Of a stretch of DNA of 54,527 nt, positions 49,301 through 54,527 are shown in pieces. Numbering within the stretch: position 1 is the stretch's first letter; the number at the start of each line of letters is the position of its first letter. The stretch is from an uncultured Bacilli bacterium (GTDB taxonomy: Bacteria; Bacillota_I; Bacilli_A; RF39; UBA660), in NCBI GenBank assembly GCA_947623825.1, contig CANQHQ010000005.1, positions 1-54,527 of the forward strand, given 5' to 3'. The notes under the pieces were generated by a model. That model searched no databases and was not told the DNA's origin. It was given only the letters and a program-made list of their open reading frames with translations. The translations under genes and the position numbers were made by a program.

Positions 49301-52300
49301 ACTGGGACACAAGTCATGTAACCAATATGAGTTGGATGTTTGATGGTTGTGAATCCATAATTAGTTTAGACTTGAGTAGTTGGGACACAAGTCAAGTAAC
49401 TAATATGTATATGATGTTTTCTGATTGTAGTGCCTTAACTAGTGTTGGAAATTTAAATGGGTGGAACACAGGTCACGTAACTGATATGTATTGTATGTTT
49501 TTTGGTTGTAGCGGATTAATTAGTGTCGGAGATTTAAGCAGTTGGGACACAAGTAAAGTAACTGATATGAGTTCCATGTTTTCTGGTTGTAGTACTTTAA
49601 CCACAACAATCAGTATTTTAAATAATTCGGTGACTAAATATGATAGTATGTTTTCTAGTGCTGCTACTCAAAATAATGCCCAAATTGTAGTCAATTATTC
49701 TAGTGAATCAGAAACGTTAGTGGATCAAATGATTGCTACAAAAAACAATACAAATTCAAACGTGGTAAAAGCAAGTAGTCCGTGTGTAGAACATTCTGTA
49801 ACGATTCAAGGTAGAAATGACATTATTGCGACTCCATCGAGTGGATTGGTGTCTAACAAAATTACATTGATTCCAACCAATGATGATTATATGGTTTCTT
49901 CGTTTGAAATGAATGGAAAGAAAATAAATGGAAATATCTTTTTTATGCCGAATGAAGAAGCTGTGATTACGAATGTAACTACTGTAGCGCAAGCAATATT
50001 TGAGTCTAAACATAATCCATATGATAACAATCTAGATCAAGAATATGAACATACTTTTGAAGGTGCAAATACTTTAACGGTTACCTTGGAGTATCAAATA
50101 GGCGATGATTGGGATTATTTTTATCTATATGGTTCTAACGAAATACAGTATGGAAGGTATGGCGGATCCACTAAGCAAATAGAAACGATCATTATTCCTG
50201 GAGATTATATTAAAATTTTATTTCATACAAATGGTAGTGGTAACGATTATTATGGTTTTAAAGCGACTATTGTTCCAAATTATCCACATTCTATTACTAT
50301 TCAAGATAATCCAGATGTTGTAGCTAATAAAGCAAGTGCCGCTTATGGAGAAGTTGTCAGTTTAAATGTGATGCAAGGTGATTATATGGTTACCTCGTTT
50401 GACATGAATGGAGAGAGAATAGAAGGAAATACTTTTATTATGCCGAATGAAGAAGCTATCATTACGAATGTAACTGTGAGTATAGGAAATATCGTAGAGT
50501 CTAATCATAATCCATATGATAATAGCTTAGACGAAACCTATGAACATACTTTTGAAGGTGCAGGAAGTTTGACCGTTACCTTGGAGTACCAAACCGAAAG
50601 TACTTACCTTGATTATATTTATTTATATGATTCCAATTGGAAACAGTATGGAAAGTACGGCGGTACTACTAAGAAGACAGAAACAATTCTTATTCCTGGA
50701 AATTATATTAGAATTTTATTTCATACAAATGCTAGTTATAACGACTATTATGGCTTCAAAGCGACTGTTGTTCCAAATTATCCAAATTCTGTTACGATTC
50801 AAGGTAATCCAAATGTTGTAGCTGACAAGACAAGTGCCTCTTATGGAGAAACAGTGACTCTTAGTTCTACTTTAAGTGAATTTGTGGTAGTTTCATTTGA
50901 GATGAATGGAGAGAAAATAGAAGGAAATACCTTTACTATGCCGGATGAAGACGTTGTAATTACCAATATTGTTTTCGGGGGTAGACACTCGATTGCAATT
51001 AGAGGAAATGATGATATTGAGGCACGTCCAAATATGGCTTTTGTGAGAGATACGGTAACGTTATCATCCATTTCTGGAAACTGTTACGTCACTTCCTTTG
51101 AGATGAACGGAACCAAAATAGAAGGAAATACCTTTACTATGCCGAATGAGGAAGTTGAAATTACAAATATTGCTGTAGAAGTGAAACATCCGATTGTCAT
51201 TAAAGGAAATGAGGATATTGAAGCACGTCCGAATATGGCTTATGCCGGAGATACAGTGACGTTATCCTCTATTTCTGGAAATTGTTATGTCACTTCCTTT
51301 GATATGAATGGAACAAAAATAGAAGGAAATACCTTTACTATGCCAAATGAGGAAGTTGAAATTACAAATATTGCTGTAGAAGTGAAACATCCGATTGTCA
51401 TTGAAGGAAATGACGATATTGAAGCACATCCAAATATGGCTTATGCTGGAGAAACTGTGACATTATCATCAGTCTCTGGGAACTATTACGTTACTTCATT
51501 TGAGATGAATGGAGTAGAAATTGTAGGAAATACTTTTACCATGCCAAATGAAGAAACTATGATTACAAATGTAACTGTGAGTATAGGAAGCATCATAGAG
51601 TCCAATCATAATCCATATGATAATAACCTAGAACAAGAATATGAACATACTTTTGAAGGTGCAGGAAGTTTGACTGTTACCTTGGAGTATCAAACAGAAG
51701 ATATCGATTATGATTATATTGGTTTATATGATTCTAACGAAACAGAGTATGGAAAGTATGGAGGACCTGATAAGACAACAGAAACGATTATTATCCCTGG
51801 AAATTATATTAAAATTTTATTTTATACAGATGGTAGTATTAATGACTATTATGGATTCAAAGCCATTGTGATTCCAAATTATCCACATTCTATTACGATT
51901 CAAGGCAATCCAAATGTAGTAGCTGATAAGATAAATGCGGCTTATGGAGAGGTTGTCAAGTTAAATGTAGTGAATGGTGACTATAGAGTTGCTTCGTTTG
52001 AGATGAATGGAACAAAAATAGAAGGAAATACCTTTACTATGCCGGATGAAGATGTTGAAATTACAAATATTATTGTAGAAGCTAATTATCCTATTGTAAT
52101 TACAGGAAATGAAGATATTGTGGCAAATCCAAACAGAGCTTTTGCAGGAGATACAGTGACGTTGACATCTATTCTTGAAAACTATTATGTAACTTCATTT
52201 GAGATGAATGGAGAAAAAATAAAAGGAAATACTTTTACTATGCCGGATGAAGAAGTTGAGATTACGAATGTAAAGGTGGTTTTAGGAACTATCATAGAGT

Positions 52301-52587
52301 CCAACCATAATCCATATGATAATGACTTAGATAAAGAATATGAACATACTTTTGAAGGTGCTACTTCTTTGATGGTTATATTGGAGTATCAGACAGAAGA
52401 CATTAGTTATGATTATATTTGTTTATATGATTCTGATGAAACACAATATGGAGAGTATGGAGGGGAAACTAAGACAACAGAAACAATTGTTGTCTCTGGA
52501 AATTATATTAAGATCCTATTTCATACAGATGAGAGTGTCAATGACTATTATGGATTCAAAGCTACTGTGATTCCAATTTATGAATAA
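46393..52587 (+). CDS. Giant surface adhesin: N-terminal TM, vWA, B-repeat, 19 BspA/DUF285-type LRRs, 8 ~67-aa beta repeats and 4 CUB-like domains
   Basis: MIDAS DISGS and LTDG; repeats WDTSQVTDMSxMFxxCxxL; four ESxHNPYDN...DY..LY....YG.YGG...G.YI.ILF.T......YYGFKA modules. Confidence 0.88.
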   Translation: MKKMFLWIHKRIGIFTIGLIAIFMIGMGLLMNSYSLNEAIPKITFSSKTLSYERNEPGSWQVEKSAEWIGLGKARITFQVDTILKTENPNTDVILVLDISGSMAGEKLDRVKKDSVDLLTALLSNDNNHAALITFDTESELVSGFTNDKDSLIKKISSLSDHGNTNYYQPLVHVDEILKDYSKEKDKECVVLFLTDGYPNEDIPNQIGEYKYLKSEYPWLKIHGVQYEMGEEVLDPIKEISDSQFIADMTTLNNVLFDASVVPTPYDNFVLTDFIDNEYFDLQDVSKLQSSFGKVELKDDNGVPKVTWDLSGLKSGQGATLTIDIDLKEELLEEEGLFPTNKSSKVVSQIEENQEDVMTEETPILSSHYNVIYEGNSPSGCSVSGVPSRTSHAVFETVEKSDVVPTCEGYQFKGWMIVTEGVKKLNDDYFTMPGKDVVVRAEWGRMGLSKSVEGEVYVQRDPILQRIGFESYNNELWKYQTSITKIVIEGDQTSKEGSTEELTWDISAAKDGSVRGLLVPNSDNPSTYTAYIQGLDGKVIANPDSSYLFGGNYFYSSNHFSKLTAIEGLELLDTSQVTDMSYMFAACNALISLDLSNWNKSQVTDMSGMFSYCRSLTSLKGLSSWDTSQVTDMSYMFEHCESLSNLDFVSGWDTSHVINMSYIFSYCSLLTSLDLSGWVTSQVTDMSGIFSSCSSLTNLDFVSGWDTSHVTNMSHMFSSCESLTSLDLSGWDTSQVTDMGAMFYRCSALTSVGNLNGWNTGQVTNMGAMFSGCRALTSVGDLSSWDTRQVTSMYSMFDDCRALTSLDLSSWSTGQVINMNFMFYSCNALTSVGDLSGWDTSHVTNMWAMFSGCWRLTSVGNLSGWDTSHVTNMSWMFDGCSLLINLDFVSGWETGQVTNMSDMFGGCSLLISLDLSGWDTSQVTDMSGMFSYCQTLASLDLSNWKTGQVAEMSEMFRDCESLTKLNFLSDWDTSHVTNMSWMFDGCESIISLDLSSWDTSQVTNMYMMFSDCSALTSVGNLNGWNTGHVTDMYCMFFGCSGLISVGDLSSWDTSKVTDMSSMFSGCSTLTTTISILNNSVTKYDSMFSSAATQNNAQIVVNYSSESETLVDQMIATKNNTNSNVVKASSPCVEHSVTIQGRNDIIATPSSGLVSNKITLIPTNDDYMVSSFEMNGKKINGNIFFMPNEEAVITNVTTVAQAIFESKHNPYDNNLDQEYEHTFEGANTLTVTLEYQIGDDWDYFYLYGSNEIQYGRYGGSTKQIETIIIPGDYIKILFHTNGSGNDYYGFKATIVPNYPHSITIQDNPDVVANKASAAYGEVVSLNVMQGDYMVTSFDMNGERIEGNTFIMPNEEAIITNVTVSIGNIVESNHNPYDNSLDETYEHTFEGAGSLTVTLEYQTESTYLDYIYLYDSNWKQYGKYGGTTKKTETILIPGNYIRILFHTNASYNDYYGFKATVVPNYPNSVTIQGNPNVVADKTSASYGETVTLSSTLSEFVVVSFEMNGEKIEGNTFTMPDEDVVITNIVFGGRHSIAIRGNDDIEARPNMAFVRDTVTLSSISGNCYVTSFEMNGTKIEGNTFTMPNEEVEITNIAVEVKHPIVIKGNEDIEARPNMAYAGDTVTLSSISGNCYVTSFDMNGTKIEGNTFTMPNEEVEITNIAVEVKHPIVIEGNDDIEAHPNMAYAGETVTLSSVSGNYYVTSFEMNGVEIVGNTFTMPNEETMITNVTVSIGSIIESNHNPYDNNLEQEYEHTFEGAGSLTVTLEYQTEDIDYDYIGLYDSNETEYGKYGGPDKTTETIIIPGNYIKILFYTDGSINDYYGFKAIVIPNYPHSITIQGNPNVVADKINAAYGEVVKLNVVNGDYRVASFEMNGTKIEGNTFTMPDEDVEITNIIVEANYPIVITGNEDIVANPNRAFAGDTVTLTSILENYYVTSFEMNGEKIKGNTFTMPDEEVEITNVKVVLGTIIESNHNPYDNDLDKEYEHTFEGATSLMVILEYQTEDISYDYICLYDSDETQYGEYGGETKTTETIVVSGNYIKILFHTDESVNDYYGFKATVIPIYE
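48100..49600 (+). repeat. Coding tandem array of 19 LRR units (78/81 bp)
   Basis: Recurrent DNA framework tgggacacaagtca(a/c/t)gtaac...atatgagt...atgttt...tgt...ttaac. Confidence 0.9.
49790..52584 (+). repeat. Coding repeat region: eight ~201-bp units interleaved with four ~285-bp CUB-like units
   Basis: Near-identical sequence at 51121 and 51322 (201-bp period); cataatccatatgataa recurs four times. Confidence 0.88.
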
Positions 52588-52613
52588 AAAAAGAAGATGA
52601 TTTCACTTGGATT

Positions 52614-53525
52614 TCATCTTCTTTCTTTTTCTGGTGGAATGGAGGAAAATTCTGGGATAAAACTTTCTTTTTGCGTTTCTCCTTCTTGCATGTAGGCCTG
52701 GGTAATACCTATATCTAAAGCATAGTCAATGATTTCATTGTATTCTTCTTCGGATAGGGTTCGATTGAGTTCGGGATAGATAGAGTTGGGACACATTGGG
52801 GTATATTGATTCATGATACTGAGAATGACTTGTTCTCGATAGGTTTCATGAAGATAGGAAAGAATTTTTTTTGAATCGTCGAGATGATTGGGAAGAACCA
52901 AGTGTCTGACAATGACACCTCTTACCAAGTTTCCTTCTTTGTCAAAACGAGGGGTTCCTGTTTGGCGTACCATTTCTTTGATGGATTCGATGGCGTAGTG
53001 TCTATAATTTTTTCCTTTGGAGAATTTTTGACTGAGTTCTTCTTCCCAATACTTAAAGTCAGGAAGGTAGATATCAATCAGTCCTTCTAGTTTTTTAATG
53101 GTTTCTTTTTTTTCATAACCGCTTGTATTATAAACAACAGGAATTTTTAAACCTTGTTTTTTCGCTAATTTTAATCCTTCGATGATGGGAGGAAGGAAGT
53201 GTGTCGGTGTCACAAGATTGATATTGGTTGCCTTTTTTTCTTGTAATTCTAGGCATATTTCAGCGAATCGTTCTACGGAAATTTCATATCCTACTTGTTT
53301 TTGACTAATTTGTTGATTTTGACAAAAAATACATTGTAGATTGCAGTAGGTAAAAAAGATTGTTCCCGATCCATATTTTCCTGTAATACAAGGTTCTTCC
53401 CATAGATGGAGTCGGTAACAACCAATTTTCATGGTTTCTCCAGCTTGACAAACACCTTTTTCCTTTTCGCGATTCACTCCACAATTTCTAGGACAAAGGG
53501 TACATTTTTTGAATTCGTTCCACAT
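52614..53525 (-). CDS. Radical SAM protein, PflX-like
   Basis: CTLCPRNCGVNR, HLWEEPCI, GSGTIFFTYCNLQCIFCQN, NINLVTP, VRHLVLP. Confidence 0.92.
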   Translation of the reverse strand: MWNEFKKCTLCPRNCGVNREKEKGVCQAGETMKIGCYRLHLWEEPCITGKYGSGTIFFTYCNLQCIFCQNQQISQKQVGYEISVERFAEICLELQEKKATNINLVTPTHFLPPIIEGLKLAKKQGLKIPVVYNTSGYEKKETIKKLEGLIDIYLPDFKYWEEELSQKFSKGKNYRHYAIESIKEMVRQTGTPRFDKEGNLVRGVIVRHLVLPNHLDDSKKILSYLHETYREQVILSIMNQYTPMCPNSIYPELNRTLSEEEYNEIIDYALDIGITQAYMQEGETQKESFIPEFSSIPPEKERR

Positions 53526-53653
53526 AAAACATCACATGCTTATTATACTAGAAAGTGTTTGAAAAGGATAGAATCGTTCTTTTCTTTTTAATCATTTACA
53601 ATTTCATCGGAGTGTGTTATAATAATGCAACTAGTGAAAAGGGGGAATTTTTG

Positions 53654-54448
53654 ATGGAAAAAGAATTCCAAGTAGAAGAATTTTTACAGTTTCACAAAGT
53701 CCTTGTTTATTTTTTAGGTAGAAATTTTGTTTTTTCTGATATTGTTCAATATGGGGATGGAGTGAATCATGGTTTAGATGATCTCGATCTAGTTGATTTA
53801 ATCTCTCAATATTATCTTTTTGAGACAATGGTTTCTACTGATGGGGCTATCTATCATTTGGAACCAGAATTCAAAGAAACGGTAGGTCGTATTTTTGAAA
53901 ATACAAAGACTTACTTTGCTTCTTTAGGAAAACCGTTAAGTCCTGAAAATTTACGTGAGGAATTTCTTCGTCGTCTTTTGTTCCATGATGATTCTAAATT
54001 AGAGGGACGAGAACTTGAACAAAATAAAGAATATCTACCTTCTTACTTGTCAGCCGAGGAAGGAAGTGTTCTTGCGAATACTTTGGAAGTGAAATTACGT
54101 TATCCTCATCGAAAAGAGAATCGCCATCATCCCGAATATTTTGAAAACGGAATAGAAGGTATGAATGTCATTGATTTGTTAGAGATGACCGTCGATATGG
54201 TTGCTCATATGTTGATGGAAGATAAGAAATTGATTCTTTTGATGACGCAATTTCGTGAGGAGTATCAGGTGGAGCCGATGCTTTATCAACTTTTACTTCA
54301 TACCGTTCTCCATTCTTTTGGTTATTTATCTCAAGAGGAAGAGAAGGAACAGATTTTACGAACGGTCGCTAGAATGGTAAACAATCCTCATTATTCTGTG
54401 ATTGAAGAGGGGAAAAAAGCCTATACGCTTTCTTATAAGGAGGTCTAG
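53654..54448 (+). CDS. Hypothetical protein with an HD-like DUF5662-type domain
   Basis: HDDSKL...HRKENRHHPEYFENG..GMNVIDLLEMTVD. Confidence 0.6.
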   Translation: MEKEFQVEEFLQFHKVLVYFLGRNFVFSDIVQYGDGVNHGLDDLDLVDLISQYYLFETMVSTDGAIYHLEPEFKETVGRIFENTKTYFASLGKPLSPENLREEFLRRLLFHDDSKLEGRELEQNKEYLPSYLSAEEGSVLANTLEVKLRYPHRKENRHHPEYFENGIEGMNVIDLLEMTVDMVAHMLMEDKKLILLMTQFREEYQVEPMLYQLLLHTVLHSFGYLSQEEEKEQILRTVARMVNNPHYSVIEEGKKAYTLSYKEV

Positions 54449-54470
54449 TACCTTCTTTTTGGTACTATAA

Positions 54471-54520
54471 AAGTGTAATAATTAATTACAGAAATGTGAT
54501 TGAATATTACACTTCTTTTT
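54471..54520 (+). terminator. Long hairpin / terminator
   Basis: AAGTGTAATA-attaattaca-GAAA-tgtgattgaa-TATTACACTT followed by a T run. Confidence 0.6.
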
Positions 54521-54527
54521 ATTATGA

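Noticed and set aside
48100-49600. CRISPR array
   Set aside because: The periodic repeats are in-frame LRR coding units with degenerate repeats and related 'spacers'; no cas genes are present.
49995-52584. Diversity-generating retroelement TR/VR pair among the CUB-like repeats
   Set aside because: Differences between the copies compared (3 and 4) involve all bases rather than adenines only, all copies are in-frame coding, and no reverse transcriptase is present in the window.

Overview
54.5 kb of low-GC Bacillota chromosome. Gene content and style suggest an uncultured gut Bacilli lineage such as RF39; this is an inference. It carries housekeeping genes (def, rlmD-like, RluA-family, PPIase, two SEDS proteins, GT4, tRNA-Glu(CTC), tRNA-Arg(CCT)), comEA-comEC, and a dispersed sporulation set (CotY/CotZ, an unannotated YjcZ-type small gene, a gerA-family A-C-B operon, an orphan kinase with tandem Spo0A boxes). 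It also carries many surface proteins: a sortase C/B pilus cluster, a CHAP/NPxTG islet and a 2064-aa vWA-LRR-CUB adhesin. Main highlights: (1) three sigmaA promoters with a G9-G10 tract between -35 and -10, each driving a surface-structure locus, a candidate slipped-strand phase-variation system; (2) a 2.6-kaa cold-shock/LOTUS-helical-STAND-like ATPase-HEPN protein, a candidate defence system; (3) three intact but catalytically degenerate enzyme domains (VanY-like fused to RlmD, iPGM-like, PTS EIIB-like); (4) a shared sigmaK-like promoter motif that also points to a candidate sRNA. All calls come from reading motifs by eye; no database search was run.
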